A DNA stretch of 64,000 nt from Candidatus Amunia macphersoniae (GTDB lineage: Bacteria; Chloroflexota; Dormibacteria; Aeolococcales; Aeolococcaceae). Of the stretch, positions 46,955 to 57,335 are shown in pieces (position 1 is the stretch's first letter; every line of letters starts with the position of its first letter). The notes below the pieces were generated by a model that was given only the letters and a program-made list of their open reading frames with translations, ran no database searches and was not told where the DNA came from. Location: positions 966-64,965 of the forward strand of contig JAEKNN010000058.1 of NCBI GenBank assembly GCA_016464795.1. Reading direction: 5' to 3'. Position numbers and translations under genes: made by a program.

Positions 46955-48501
46955 CCCTCGCCGAGCACGGCCTCGCGGTCGAGTCGGGGAAAGAGGATCT
47001 CCCCCACCGGTATCGGCGTGGACTGAGCCAGTCGCGGCCATGCCCGCAGCTCATCGGTGAGGTCGCCGTCGAGGCGCAGCCCCAGGTCATGGGCAACGCT
47101 CGAGGTGGCGCGCGGGATCACCGGGTGGAGCAGCAGCGTCGACACCCTGATCGCCTCGAGCAGCTCAGCGCACACGGTGCCCAGCCGAGGATCCTGATTG
47201 CGGTGCAGGCTCCATGGCGCCGTCTCCTCGATGTACTTGTTGGCCCGGCCCACCAGCTGCATGGCCGCGGCCAGCGCCTCGCTGAAATGCAACTGGTCCA
47301 TGGCCGCGTCGTACACCGGCAGAACCCGCGCCGCGGTGCTGCGCAGCTCGTCGTCGATGGGCTCTCGCGTGCCCATCGCCGGCACCCGGCCCTCGAAGTA
47401 GCGCAGCACCATCTTGGTGGTGCGGGAGACCAGGTTGCCGTAGTCGTTGGCGAGGTCGGCGTTGTACCTGTCGACAAGACTGCTCATCGAGAAGTCCCCA
47501 TCGCGGTCGAAGGGAACCTCTCTGAGCAGCACCCAGCGAACCGCGTCGCTGCCGAACCGGTGCACCAGTTGGATGGGCTCGACGAAGATGCCCCGGCTCT
47601 TGCTCATCTTCTCGCCGTTGAGGGTGACGAAACCGTGGGCGTGGACCTTCTCCGGCACCGCCAGTCCGGCGGCCATCAGCATCGCCGGCCAGACCACGGC
47701 GTGGAACCGGGTGATGTCCTTGCCGATCACATGCACGTCGGCCGGCCAGAAACGCGCGAACTCCTGGTCATCACCCGAGTACCCCACCCCGGTCAGGTAG
47801 GCTGGAAGGGCGTCGAACCACACCCAGATCACCTGCGATTCGTCGCCTGGGACAGGGATGCCCCATCGCGAGAACCCACGCGAGATGCTGATGTCGGTGA
47901 GGCCACCGCGAATCACGTTGAGCATCTCGTTGCGGCGGCTCTCGGGCACGAGAAACTCCGGCTGCCGCTGGTACAGGTCGAGGAGACGGTCCTCGAACGC
48001 GCTGAGCGCGAAGAACCAGTTCTGCTCCTCCACCCACTCCACGGGGCTCTCGTGCACCGGGCACAGCCCGGCATTGATCTCCTTCTCTGTGTAGAACTGC
48101 TCGCACGATGGGCAGAACCAGGCGCGGTACCAGTCCCTGTAGATGTGGCCGCCGGCCGCGACCGCCTCCCAGAGGCTTTCCGAGGTGCGCCGGTTGCTGT
48201 CACTGCTGGTGCGCACGAAGGTGGTGGGCTCGATGTCGAAGGCGTGCATCATCGCGGTGAAGGCCGCCACCTGGCGGGTGCAGAAGTCCTCGGGCGCCAT
48301 CCCCGCAGCGCGAGCGGCGCGCTCCACTGACTGGCTGTGCTCGTCGCTGCCGACCGTGAAACGGACGTCGTCACCGCGCAGGCGGCGATGCCGAGCCAGC
48401 ACGTCGCAGCCGATCTTCTCGTAGGCGTGCCCCAGGTGCGGGTCGCCGTTGACGTAGTCGATGGCGGCGGTGAGGTAGAAGGTGTGCGCCGGTCGGGTCA
48501 C
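46951..48501 (-). CDS. metG: Methionine--tRNA ligase (short form without the C-terminal dimerisation domain)
   Basis: The HIGH motif (GDPHLGHAYE), KMSKS, and the zinc knuckle CPSCEQ…CPVH are present. Confidence 0.92.
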   Translation of the reverse strand: MTRPAHTFYLTAAIDYVNGDPHLGHAYEKIGCDVLARHRRLRGDDVRFTVGSDEHSQSVERAARAAGMAPEDFCTRQVAAFTAMMHAFDIEPTTFVRTSSDSNRRTSESLWEAVAAGGHIYRDWYRAWFCPSCEQFYTEKEINAGLCPVHESPVEWVEEQNWFFALSAFEDRLLDLYQRQPEFLVPESRRNEMLNVIRGGLTDISISRGFSRWGIPVPGDESQVIWVWFDALPAYLTGVGYSGDDQEFARFWPADVHVIGKDITRFHAVVWPAMLMAAGLAVPEKVHAHGFVTLNGEKMSKSRGIFVEPIQLVHRFGSDAVRWVLLREVPFDRDGDFSMSSLVDRYNADLANDYGNLVSRTTKMVLRYFEGRVPAMGTREPIDDELRSTAARVLPVYDAAMDQLHFSEALAAAMQLVGRANKYIEETAPWSLHRNQDPRLGTVCAELLEAIRVSTLLLHPVIPRATSSVAHDLGLRLDGDLTDELRAWPRLAQSTPIPVGEILFPRLDREAVLGEG

Positions 48502-48502
48502 G

Positions 48503-49186
48503 TCAGCTGGCTCCGATGAGAACTGTGCACTCGCCCCGCGGCGGGTGAGCGGCGAACGCGTCCGCCAGGGTCGCGGCCGTGCCGGTGTGGAAGGTCTCGT
48601 GGACTTTAGTCAATTCCCGGGCGACCACCACCGGCCGATCGCCGCAGACCGGCGTGATCCGCGCCAGGGTGCGGGCCAGGCGCAGCGTCGACTCGTAGAA
48701 GACCAGGGTGCCATCGAACGCCAGTCCGGCCTCCACGGTGCGACGCAGCTTGCCGGGGCTGCGCGGCAGGAACCCGAGGAAGCAGACGCGGTCGCCGCGC
48801 AGGCCGCTGCCGGACAGCGCGGCGGTCAGCGCCGAAGCGCCGGGGATGGGGACCACGGCGATGCCCGCGTCGCGGGCGCCGCGGACCAGCGCCGCCCCCG
48901 GGTCACTCACGACAGGCGTGCCGGCATCGCTGCAGAGCGCCAGAACCTCACCGGCGAGCAGGCGGTCCAACAGAGCCGGAACCCGCCGCTGCTCGTCGTG
49001 GGCGGGCAGCGAGTGGAGCGGCCTGCCCAGCCCGTGCGCGGTCAAGAGTTGACGGGTGCGCCTGGTGTCCTCGGCGATCACCCCGTCGCACTCCCCGAGA
49101 ACCCGCAGGGCGCGCAGGGTGATGTCCTCGAGGTTGCCGATGGGGGTGGCGACGACGTAGAGCAGGCCCGGCCCCCGAGCTGTCAA
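48503..49186 (-). CDS. rsmI: 16S rRNA (cytidine1402-2'-O)-methyltransferase
   Basis: [22 protein letters not shown]…ALCSDAGTP match RsmI. At 227 aa it is shorter than typical. Confidence 0.8.
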   Translation of the reverse strand: MTARGPGLLYVVATPIGNLEDITLRALRVLGECDGVIAEDTRRTRQLLTAHGLGRPLHSLPAHDEQRRVPALLDRLLAGEVLALCSDAGTPVVSDPGAALVRGARDAGIAVVPIPGASALTAALSGSGLRGDRVCFLGFLPRSPGKLRRTVEAGLAFDGTLVFYESTLRLARTLARITPVCGDRPVVVARELTKVHETFHTGTAATLADAFAAHPPRGECTVLIGAS

Positions 49187-50040
49187 GTACCCCAGTCCCG
49201 TGGGTAGCGGAACTCGCGATCGATGGTGCGGGCGGAGAGCTTTGCGATGATCGGCGGACGCCGCTTGTACTGGCTGCCCCGCACCCGCAGGGTGACGTTG
49301 GCCACGAATCCGTCATCGAAGCCCAGCGCACGCAACTCCACAGGCGTGCGTCGCTCGTCGACGAGGTGATACAGCAACGAATCCACTGTCGCATACCCGA
49401 AGCCCAGCTCCTCCTCGTCCGACTGACCCTCCCACAGATCGGCGCTGGGCGCCTTGGCGATCACGGTGGTCGGCAGACCCATGGCGCGAGCGAGGGCGAA
49501 CACCTGGGTCTTGTAGAGGTCACCCAGCGGGTTGAGCGCGCTGGCCATGTCGCCGAACAGCGTGCCATAGCCCAGCAGCAGCTCGGTCTTGTTGCTGGTG
49601 CCCACGACCAGGGCTCCGTGAGCCCATGACATGTCGTAGAGGATGGTCATCCGCTCCCGGGCCATCTTGTTGCCCCGCCGGCCCCTGTCAGCGTCGGGGA
49701 AGGCCGCGAAGTAGGCGTCGATCTGTGGCGAGATGTCGATTAGGGTGGGGGTCATGCCCAGGTGGTCGCAGACGGCGCGAGCGTCGGCCTCGGACGCCGA
49801 CGACGAGGTTCGGTACGGCATCAGCATCGGGAGCACGTTCTCGGCGCCCAGCGCCGCGCACGCGAGGGCGGCGCTCAGCGCGGAGTCCACACCGCCGGAC
49901 AGGCCCACGACCACCTGCTCGAAGCCAACCTTGCGCACCTCGTTGGCGATGAAGCCGACGAGGAGGTCGCGGACGACGGCGCTGTCAATTGAGAGCGCGT
50001 CGGCTGCGGAGGCGGTCTGTCTCGGCGTCATTGATGTCAT
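49183..50040 (-). CDS. nadE: NAD+ synthetase (NH3-dependent-type fold, ~285 aa)
   Basis: The GLSGGVDS P-loop is present and the ATG at 50040 has an AGGGA ribosome-binding site. Its 5' end overlaps the upstream C-N hydrolase gene by ~56 nt in a different frame. Confidence 0.85.
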   Translation of the reverse strand: MTSMTPRQTASAADALSIDSAVVRDLLVGFIANEVRKVGFEQVVVGLSGGVDSALSAALACAALGAENVLPMLMPYRTSSSASEADARAVCDHLGMTPTLIDISPQIDAYFAAFPDADRGRRGNKMARERMTILYDMSWAHGALVVGTSNKTELLLGYGTLFGDMASALNPLGDLYKTQVFALARAMGLPTTVIAKAPSADLWEGQSDEEELGFGYATVDSLLYHLVDERRTPVELRALGFDDGFVANVTLRVRGSQYKRRPPIIAKLSARTIDREFRYPRDWGT

Positions 50041-50962
50041 GTCGTTCGTCCCTGAGCAGCGGGTTGGCGATGCGTGCGCGGCGCACCGCGGCGAGGTCGA
50101 TGCGGTGCGTGACCAGGCACTCCTGGTTGCCGGCAGGCTCCTCGAGGAGGCGACCGTCGGGGCCGACCACACGCGAGCCCCCCCAGAAGTTGACCCCGTC
50201 CTCGAAGCCGACCCGATTGCAGTACAGCAGGTAGGCGGTGTGCAGCTGGGCATAGGTGCGGGTCATGGCGTCGTAGCTGCGGGCGGTGCCCAGCGCATTC
50301 CCGGTGACCACCCCGCGGCCCGGCGACGACGAGGGGCAGATGAACAGCTCCACCCCTTCGCGGGCAAGCAGACCGGCAGCGGTGGGATGCCACATGTCCT
50401 CGCACACCAGAATTCCGGCCTGCCACGGACGCGGCGGGGTTGCTCCGGTCAGGGGGGCGGCGAAGCTCCGAAAGCGGTCGCCCGGAGCCATGTACCTGGC
50501 CTCGTCGAAGAGTCCGTAGGTGGGCAGGTACACCTTGCGGTGGACGTGGTGGATGCGCCCGCCCGACAGGTAGAGGGCGGCGTTGTAGAAACGAGCGTCG
50601 TCGCTCTCCAGCACGCAGCCGACCACCACGTCGACGTCCGTGCAGCTGGCGGCGAGCCGCGTCAGCTCGTCCGAGCGCGCCCGCAGCGCCACCTCCGGCA
50701 CCAGGTCCTTGAGGAAATAGCCGGTGAGGGACAGCTCGGGAAACACCACCAACGTCGCCCCTCCCTCCGCGGCCTGGGCGATCAGCTCCAGATGGCGCTC
50801 GAGGTTGGCCGGGACATCCCCGAGGCGAGGGGCCACCTGGGCGAGCGCCACCACCACGTCGGTTCGATCGCCGTGGGGGCGGATGGTGGTGGGATCCGGC
50901 TGGGCGGCAGGCATGGTGGCGGCCGGCGCTGGCGCGGACAGGAGAACCTCGGTCACGGTCAT
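49985..50962 (-). CDS. Carbon-nitrogen hydrolase (nitrilase superfamily; candidate glutaminase partner of NadE)
   Basis: The nitrilase catalytic triad context is present (…[11 protein letters not shown]…, …RKVYLP…, …[10 protein letters not shown]…). The ATG overlaps the dinG stop (ATGA). Confidence 0.8.
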   Translation of the reverse strand: MTVTEVLLSAPAPAATMPAAQPDPTTIRPHGDRTDVVVALAQVAPRLGDVPANLERHLELIAQAAEGGATLVVFPELSLTGYFLKDLVPEVALRARSDELTRLAASCTDVDVVVGCVLESDDARFYNAALYLSGGRIHHVHRKVYLPTYGLFDEARYMAPGDRFRSFAAPLTGATPPRPWQAGILVCEDMWHPTAAGLLAREGVELFICPSSSPGRGVVTGNALGTARSYDAMTRTYAQLHTAYLLYCNRVGFEDGVNFWGGSRVVGPDGRLLEEPAGNQECLVTHRIDLAAVRRARIANPLLRDERHDINDAETDRLRSRRALN

Positions 50963-53733
50963 GCAGGTTCCTCGTCCATGTGGTGATCCTGCTCCGATTG
51001 TCGGGCGAAGGAGCTCATCCGTGTCAGCTCTGGAACGCGGCGGTGGAGTACGAACCCGGCCACCGCGTCGCCCACGTCCGCCACCGGCAGGCGCGCCACC
51101 GCCGCCGGTGGCAGAGCTTGGAGGAAGCGCTGCCCGTACTCGCGGCTGCGCAGGCGCTCGTCGCAGAGCACCACCGCGCCGCGGTCACTGCCGCGCCGGA
51201 TCAGCCTGCCGAAGCCCTGGCGCAGTCGCAACACCGCCTGAGGCAGCACGTACTGGCCGAACGGGTCGGACAGCGACTCTGTCCGGGCCCGCACCAGCGG
51301 ATCGGTGGGGACCGCGAAGGGCAGCTTGGCGATGACCACGCAGCGCAGCGCGTCGCCGGGCACGTCGATGCCCTCCCAGAAGCTGTTGGTGCCCAGCAGC
51401 ACCGTGCGCTGGTTGGCAAGGAAGCTGCCCAGGATCTGGCGGCGAGTACCGTCCAGCCCCTGGCCGAGCAGAGCGATGCCACTGGACTCGAGGCGCTGGG
51501 CCAGCAGTGCGTGGACCCGTCGCAGGGGGCTGTAGCCGGTGAACAGAGCCAGGGTGCTTCCGCCCAGGCTCTCCGCGACGTCGCCGACCAGGACCGCGAG
51601 GGCGCGCTCATGGTCGGGGTCGTCATACGGCGGGACGTCCGAGGGAAGCACGCACAGGGCCTGCGCGAGGAAGTCGTACGGCGACGCCAGCAGGAGCTGG
51701 TCAGCGCTCTCCAGGCCGAGGCGGGAGCTGATGAAACCGAAGTCACCTCCCACCGCCAGGGTCGCCGAGGTGGCGACCACGGTGTCCGCCCGGCTGAAGA
51801 TCGAGTCACGAAGTGACTCGGCGACGCTGACCGGGGCCTCGTGCAGCTCACCCTGCTCACCGCGCAGCGCCAGCCATGCCACGTGGCCGTCGTGAGGGCG
51901 GAGCAGCACCCGCTCCACGCCGCGGGCGAATTCCTCGAGCGCGGCGGCGGCGAGCAAGGTCTCCTGCTCGGCACGCTCGGGCTGAGGCAGCCGGTCCCGG
52001 GCCAGCGATGAGGCGTGCTCGGGCTGGCGAAGCCGCGACGCCGCCGTGTGCCAGCTCTCCAGGGCGTGCTGGGCGGACCGGAGCAGCACCGCATGAGCGT
52101 GCCCCTGGCGAATCTCGGCGCTGAGCCCGACGGTGGCGTTGCCGCTGTGATCGGCGCCGAGGATCTCGCCGATCCGACCCTTGACGTCGCCGAAGAGCCG
52201 GGTGGCGGCGTCGCGGGCGACGGCCAGAGCGGCTCCGAGCTCCCCGTCAGCGGGACCGAGGCGGTCGATCACCAGCGGCACCTCGGCGGCGTGGATGCTG
52301 ACCCCGAGCTGCTCGGTGGCAGCCGCCTCGAGGTGGTGCGCCTCGTCGATGACCAGCACATCGTGATTGCCGAGCGCCTGGCCGCTGCCCGCGGCATCGG
52401 CGAGCAGCAGGGCATGGTTGGTGACCACGATCGAGGCGGCCTCGGCCGCGCGCCTGGCCGCCACCATGAAGCAGCGGTTGTCCTGCCAGTTGGCGCAGGC
52501 TGTGCCCAGGCAGTCGCCACCATCGGACTCGACGTGTCGCCACAGCGTCTCTTCGTTGCCGGTGAGGTGCAGCTCGGCGCGGTCGCCGTCCTCGGTCTGC
52601 GCCAGCCAGGCGAGCAGCTTGAGCTTGAATCTCACCCTGTCCAGGTCAGGGCCGTGGGGACCGCTGTCGGAGGAGGCCAGGAAGCGGTGCCAGCGGCGCA
52701 GGCTCAGCTGGTGGTTGCGGCCCTTGAGCAGCACCGCCGGCACCGGCGCGCCGACGATGCGCTCGAGCATCGGCAGGTCCCGCTCCATGATCTGCTCCTG
52801 GAGGGTGATGGTCCGGGTGGCGACCACCGAGCGCCGGCCGCTGCGGCTGTTCAGCGCCAGCGGCACCAGGTAGGCGAGGGACTTGCCCACTCCGGTGCCT
52901 GCTTCGACGATCAGCCGCCGGCGGCGGTCCACGGCCTGGGCGACCGCGCGCGTCATCTCCACCTGCTCGAGGCGCAGCTCGTAGCCGCTGTCGCCCTCGG
53001 CGAGCGGGCCGTCCGGTCCGAGCAGCGCTAAGGCGGTGGCGACGATGTCGGCGGGGCGCGGGCCGGTGGCCGGCGGAGCGGGTGGAACGCCTGCTTGCGC
53101 TCCTGCCCACGAACGTCGCGACGGGTCGCCAGGCCCGCGCACGATCCCCCCGAAGAACCGGCCCAGCTCGTTGCTCCCGCGCGCCGCCAGCTGGCGAATC
53201 TGAGCCAGCACCGAGGCGGGCAGGGCCTCCGCCAACTCGCGGAGCCGGGCGAAGAGGAGGTGGGTCGCCGAGGCGTCGCTCAACGCCCGGTGCGGCCGGC
53301 GGTGCTCGATGCCCAGAGCGGCGGTCAGCAGGGGGAGGCTGTGCGACCCGGCCACGGGCAGCAGGATGCGGGCCAGCTCGAGCGTGTCAAGCACCCGGCG
53401 GCGCGCGAAGGCGTCGGGGACCAGGCCCGCGCAGAAGGTGATGTCGAACCCGGCCCCGTGAGCGATCAGCTCGGCCCCGGCGCAGAAGTCGGCGAGCTGG
53501 GCGGCGCCCTCGGCGGGTGTCGGGGCTCCGTTCACGTCGGCCGCGCCCAGTCCGGTCAGCCGTTGCACGGCAAGTGGAACCGGCATGCCCGGATCGACGA
53601 CGACGTCCATCTCCGCGAGCCGGCGCATCTCGGCGTCGAAGCGCACAGCTCCGATCTCGAGGACGCGGTCGCTCTTCGGCGACAGCCCCGTGGTCTCGAG
53701 GTCGAAGGCGACGAACTCGGCGGCAGCGGACAC
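50959..53733 (-). CDS. dinG: DinG-family ATP-dependent DNA helicase with an N-terminal DnaQ-like 3'-5' exonuclease domain
   Basis: The N-terminus EFVAFDLETTGL…HRALSDA is a DEDDh exonuclease. Then come GTGVGKSLAYL (Walker A), DEAHHLE and Rad3/XPD-type C-terminal motifs. The GTG at 53733 is the most plausible start. Confidence 0.8.
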   Translation of the reverse strand: MSAAAEFVAFDLETTGLSPKSDRVLEIGAVRFDAEMRRLAEMDVVVDPGMPVPLAVQRLTGLGAADVNGAPTPAEGAAQLADFCAGAELIAHGAGFDITFCAGLVPDAFARRRVLDTLELARILLPVAGSHSLPLLTAALGIEHRRPHRALSDASATHLLFARLRELAEALPASVLAQIRQLAARGSNELGRFFGGIVRGPGDPSRRSWAGAQAGVPPAPPATGPRPADIVATALALLGPDGPLAEGDSGYELRLEQVEMTRAVAQAVDRRRRLIVEAGTGVGKSLAYLVPLALNSRSGRRSVVATRTITLQEQIMERDLPMLERIVGAPVPAVLLKGRNHQLSLRRWHRFLASSDSGPHGPDLDRVRFKLKLLAWLAQTEDGDRAELHLTGNEETLWRHVESDGGDCLGTACANWQDNRCFMVAARRAAEAASIVVTNHALLLADAAGSGQALGNHDVLVIDEAHHLEAAATEQLGVSIHAAEVPLVIDRLGPADGELGAALAVARDAATRLFGDVKGRIGEILGADHSGNATVGLSAEIRQGHAHAVLLRSAQHALESWHTAASRLRQPEHASSLARDRLPQPERAEQETLLAAAALEEFARGVERVLLRPHDGHVAWLALRGEQGELHEAPVSVAESLRDSIFSRADTVVATSATLAVGGDFGFISSRLGLESADQLLLASPYDFLAQALCVLPSDVPPYDDPDHERALAVLVGDVAESLGGSTLALFTGYSPLRRVHALLAQRLESSGIALLGQGLDGTRRQILGSFLANQRTVLLGTNSFWEGIDVPGDALRCVVIAKLPFAVPTDPLVRARTESLSDPFGQYVLPQAVLRLRQGFGRLIRRGSDRGAVVLCDERLRSREYGQRFLQALPPAAVARLPVADVGDAVAGFVLHRRVPELTRMSSFARQSEQDHHMDEEPA

Positions 53734-53770
53734 TGCCCGATTGTAGGAAGGCGCCTGCTCTGGGAGCCAG

Positions 53771-54421
53771 TCAGGCGGCGGGCGAGCTGGCCACCGCGTC
53801 GGCAGCGCGGTAGCCGGCGGGGAGCATGTCGGAGATCGCGTCCATGATCGCCGCCGCCACCGCGCGGTTGTCGTTGTGGGGCGTCGGCCCCGGTCGCGGC
53901 AGCCGGACGGCTGCGCCGTAGCGCAGGTGCACCTCGCTGCGGTGGATGCGGCGTGTGCCCCGCGGTAACACCCTCTCCGTGCCCCACACCGCCACCGGGA
54001 TGACCGGCACACCGCCGTGGCGGGCGAGAAAGCCGACGCCGGGCTGCGGTTCGCGAAGGCGCCCGTCGGGAGAGCGCGAGCCCTCCGGGTAGACCAGCAC
54101 CACGTGACCGTCGCGGAGCAGGCTGAGGGTATGCCGAAGAGCGTTGCGATCGGCGCTGCCGCGAACCACCGGGAACGCGTTGAAGCCCAAGAACAGCCAG
54201 CGCCAGCGCCGGCTGGCGAAGTGCTCGCTCTTGGCCATGTAGTGGACGTCCAGGCGGGGTATCAACGCGCCGGTCAGCGGGGGATCGACAGTGCCGACGT
54301 GGTTGCCCACCACCAGCACGCCTCCAGACCGGGGCACATGGGCCAGCCCCTCCACGTGGAGCCGCCGCCAGAGGATGGTGGCGGCGAGCATGCGCATGAT
54401 GGCGCGCAGCAGGGGGTACAT
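53771..54421 (-). CDS. plsC: 1-acyl-sn-glycerol-3-phosphate acyltransferase (PlsC family)
   Basis: NHVGTVDPP (the HX4D variant) and PEGSRS match PlsC. The ATG shares 1 nt with the cmk TGA (TGATG). Confidence 0.8.
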   Translation of the reverse strand: MYPLLRAIMRMLAATILWRRLHVEGLAHVPRSGGVLVVGNHVGTVDPPLTGALIPRLDVHYMAKSEHFASRRWRWLFLGFNAFPVVRGSADRNALRHTLSLLRDGHVVLVYPEGSRSPDGRLREPQPGVGFLARHGGVPVIPVAVWGTERVLPRGTRRIHRSEVHLRYGAAVRLPRPGPTPHNDNRAVAAAIMDAISDMLPAGYRAADAVASSPAA

Positions 54422-55116
54422 CAGCGCGCCCCCGCCGTGCGCAGGCCGGCACGGTCGCAAACCGCGACGGCCTGGTCGATCATCTCGTCCACGCCCATCG
54501 CCGAGGTGTCGATGACGTGGGCGTCGTCGGCACGGCGCAACGGGGATGCCGCGCGCAGCCTGTCGGTGCGGTCGCGCCCGCCCACCTCGGCGCTGATCGT
54601 GCCCTCGTCGGCGTTCGCGCCCTCGGCGCGCAGCTGGGCCAGGCGGCGCTGTTCGCGCACCGGCTGGGGCGCATCCAGGTAGAACTTGACAGCCGCGCTC
54701 GGGAACACCACGGTGCCGCAGTCGCGGCCGACCGCCACCGCACCATGCGCCGCGGGGGCGCGCTGGAGCTCGAGGACGGCTGCGCGCACCTCGGGCTCGC
54801 TGGCGATGGTGGCGAGCAGGGCGGCGTGGCTCGGGTCGCGCAGCAGGCTGCCGGCGGCGATCCCGTCCACCAGCACTGTGTCGTCGTCCGAGCCTGGGTC
54901 CGTGGCGACGGTCACTGACGTTGATCGGGCCAGCCGGCCCAGCGCGGAGGGGTCGGTGCCGTCCAGGCCGGCGCGCACTGCGGCCACCGTCACCGCGCGG
55001 TAGAAGAGGCCGGTGTCGATCAGGGGCAGCCCGAGATCCTTGGCGAGCGCTCGCCCGAGGGTCGACTTGCCGCTGCCCGCCGGGCCGTCGACGGTCACGA
55101 TCCGTGGGGCGCTCAC
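54421..55116 (-). CDS. cmk: Cytidylate kinase
   Basis: VTVDGPAGSGKST is the P-loop, and the gene is in a conserved cmk-rluB context. Confidence 0.9.
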   Translation of the reverse strand: MSAPRIVTVDGPAGSGKSTLGRALAKDLGLPLIDTGLFYRAVTVAAVRAGLDGTDPSALGRLARSTSVTVATDPGSDDDTVLVDGIAAGSLLRDPSHAALLATIASEPEVRAAVLELQRAPAAHGAVAVGRDCGTVVFPSAAVKFYLDAPQPVREQRRLAQLRAEGANADEGTISAEVGGRDRTDRLRAASPLRRADDAHVIDTSAMGVDEMIDQAVAVCDRAGLRTAGAR

Positions 55117-55862
55117 CGATTGGTCCCGGTGAGGGCAGGCGTCGCCGCCCGCAGGGCGTCGACCTCCGCGTCGTCGAGGACCCGGCTGCCACCCTCCTCG
55201 AGGCCGTCGAGGTGGATGGGTCCGACCGCCGTCCTGCAGAGGTCGACCACCTCGTTGCCAACAGCCGAGACGAGCCGCCGGACCACGCGCTTGCGCCCCT
55301 GCGCCATGACCACGTCGACCATGGCACTGCGGGGCACAGCTCGGACCTCGACCGCCGCTGCCGGTCCGTCGTCGAGCACCACGCCGGCGATCATTGCCGC
55401 CACCTGGCCATCCGTGAGCGGGGCGGCGGGGGTCACCCGGTACGTCTTGTGCAGGCCATGGCGTGGATGGGCCACCCGGTGGGCCAGCTCGCCGTCGTTG
55501 GTCAGCAACAGCAACCCGCGGCTGTCGGCGTCCAGCCGGCCCACCGGGACCAGGCCGGGGATCGCCGCCACCAGCTCGCGGACTGTCGGCCGCCCCTGGG
55601 GGTCGTTCATGGTGGTGATCACCCCGACCGGCTTGTTGAGGACCAGGGTGACCGCGGCCGGGAGGATGGCACGGAGTGGCTCCCCGTCGAGCGAGACCAC
55701 GTCCGCGTCGATGTCGACCCGGGCACCGACGGCTGCCGGGTTGCCGTTGACGTTCACCCGGCCGGCGGCGATCAGCTCATCGGCCGCCCGGCGGGACGCC
55801 ACCCCGCGGCGGGCGAGGAAGCGGTTCAGCCTCTCGCCGCCCGCCCCGGCGGCTGCACTCAC
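55113..55862 (-). CDS. rluB: Pseudouridine synthase (RluB/RsuA family) with an S4 domain
   Basis: The S4 domain is RLNRFLARRGVASRR, and the catalytic motif is GRLDADSRGLLLLTNDG. Confidence 0.85.
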   Translation of the reverse strand: MSAAAGAGGERLNRFLARRGVASRRAADELIAAGRVNVNGNPAAVGARVDIDADVVSLDGEPLRAILPAAVTLVLNKPVGVITTMNDPQGRPTVRELVAAIPGLVPVGRLDADSRGLLLLTNDGELAHRVAHPRHGLHKTYRVTPAAPLTDGQVAAMIAGVVLDDGPAAAVEVRAVPRSAMVDVVMAQGRKRVVRRLVSAVGNEVVDLCRTAVGPIHLDGLEEGGSRVLDDAEVDALRAATPALTGTNR

Positions 55863-56533
55863 GACGAGCTGTCCCCGCCGGGCGGGGCTGCGTCTGCCGG
55901 GGCAGCGATCTGCTCACCGTTGCCCAGCGGAGGCAGCGCGTCGATCCGCTCGAGCCCAACGATCTGCAGGAATCGGAGGGTGGTCCCGAACAGCCGTGGT
56001 CGCCCCGGGGTGTCCTGACGGTCGACCTCGCTGATCAGGCCGCGGCGCTCGAGGTTGTCGAGAACGGCCTCGCAGTTGACCCCGCGGATCGCCTCGATGC
56101 CGGCCCGGGTCAATGGCTGCCGGTAGGCGACGATCGCCAGTGTCTCCAGCGCCGGCCGGCTCAACCGGGTGGGCCGCTCCGGCTGCAGGGCTCGCTGCAC
56201 CGCCCAGGCGGTCTCGGGCCTGGTCACCAGCTGGAACTGGTCGCCATGCGTCTGCACCATCAGGCCGCGCCCGCGCAGCTGGCCGGCCAGCGCCTCGACT
56301 GCCGCAGACACCGCGCCCTGGGTGCGCCCGAGGATCGAGGCCACCTCGGCAAGCGTGACCGGCCGGTTCAGTGAGAAGCAGACAGCCTCCAGGACGACGG
56401 CGAGATCCTCGGGCTCCGCGCCGGCAACGTCCTCGGGTACCACCGCGCGGCCGAAGATGTCCACCGCCAGGTCGAAGGTCTCGTCGTCTTCCTCCGGCGC
56501 GGCCTCGGCGACGCCTGGTGGCGTCTCATCCAT
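55859..56533 (-). CDS. scpB: Segregation and condensation protein B
   Basis: The winged-helix pair is …LEAVCFSLNRPVTLAEVA…RGLMVQ…AYRQPLTRAGIEAIRG. The ATG is at 56533. Confidence 0.85.
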   Translation of the reverse strand: MDETPPGVAEAAPEEDDETFDLAVDIFGRAVVPEDVAGAEPEDLAVVLEAVCFSLNRPVTLAEVASILGRTQGAVSAAVEALAGQLRGRGLMVQTHGDQFQLVTRPETAWAVQRALQPERPTRLSRPALETLAIVAYRQPLTRAGIEAIRGVNCEAVLDNLERRGLISEVDRQDTPGRPRLFGTTLRFLQIVGLERIDALPPLGNGEQIAAPADAAPPGGDSSS

Positions 56534-57299
56534 GGGCCTGCACCCAGATCGGCCCGAATTGCTCGGGCTGCTCCACGAGCGCCTGGCCGAGACGCAGCAG
56601 CTCGAGCAGCGCCAGGAAACAGGCGACCGCCTCGAGGCGCGTCGCCACCCCCGAGAACAGCTCGACAAAAGCCAGCCGCCCGCCGCGCAGGCGCTCGCGG
56701 ATCTCACCCATCTTGTCCTCGACCGAGAATGTCACCGACCCCACCGGCAGCGGCTCGGCGTCGCTGAGTCGGGCCAGCACCTCGCGGAAGGCGGCGGCGA
56801 GGCGTTCGGGGGCGATGCGCAGGCGCTCGACCGGGATCACCTCGGGGGCGACCATGCCGAGGAAGCTCCGCGCGCCTTCCTCCGCGGACTCGGCGAGCAG
56901 TGCCTCGGCCGCAGCCTTGAAGAGGCGGTACTCGGTGAGGCGCCGACCGGCGTCGTCGGTGGCCACCGTGTCGTCCGCCTCGCCGGCGTCATCGGTCGGC
57001 GCGGGGTCGAGCTGGGCTGCCTTGAGCGCCACCAATCGTGCCGCCAGCGAGAGGAAGTCGGCCACCTCACGGAGGTCGACCTGATCGCCGGCCGCCTCCA
57101 GGCGGGCGCGGAACTCGCCGGTGATCTCGGCGACGGCGACAGCGTCGAGGTCCACATCACCACGCTGGGCGCGCACCACCAGCTGCTCCAGGCTGCCGCT
57201 GAACCCAGGCACCTCCACGTGGAAGAGCTCGGCAGGGGCGTCCCCGGGAAGGGCTGCTGCCGGGGTCGGGGCAGGCGCGTTCACCAGGTTCTCGGCCAT
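56526..57299 (-). CDS. scpA: Segregation and condensation protein A
   Basis: The ScpA/kleisin family sequence is EVPGFSGSLEQLV…, and it follows the scpA-scpB gene order. Confidence 0.85.
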   Translation of the reverse strand: MAENLVNAPAPTPAAALPGDAPAELFHVEVPGFSGSLEQLVVRAQRGDVDLDAVAVAEITGEFRARLEAAGDQVDLREVADFLSLAARLVALKAAQLDPAPTDDAGEADDTVATDDAGRRLTEYRLFKAAAEALLAESAEEGARSFLGMVAPEVIPVERLRIAPERLAAAFREVLARLSDAEPLPVGSVTFSVEDKMGEIRERLRGGRLAFVELFSGVATRLEAVACFLALLELLRLGQALVEQPEQFGPIWVQAHG

Positions 57300-57335
57300 C
57301 TCCGCATGGTAGGCATCAGCGCTGCCGGGCCGACC

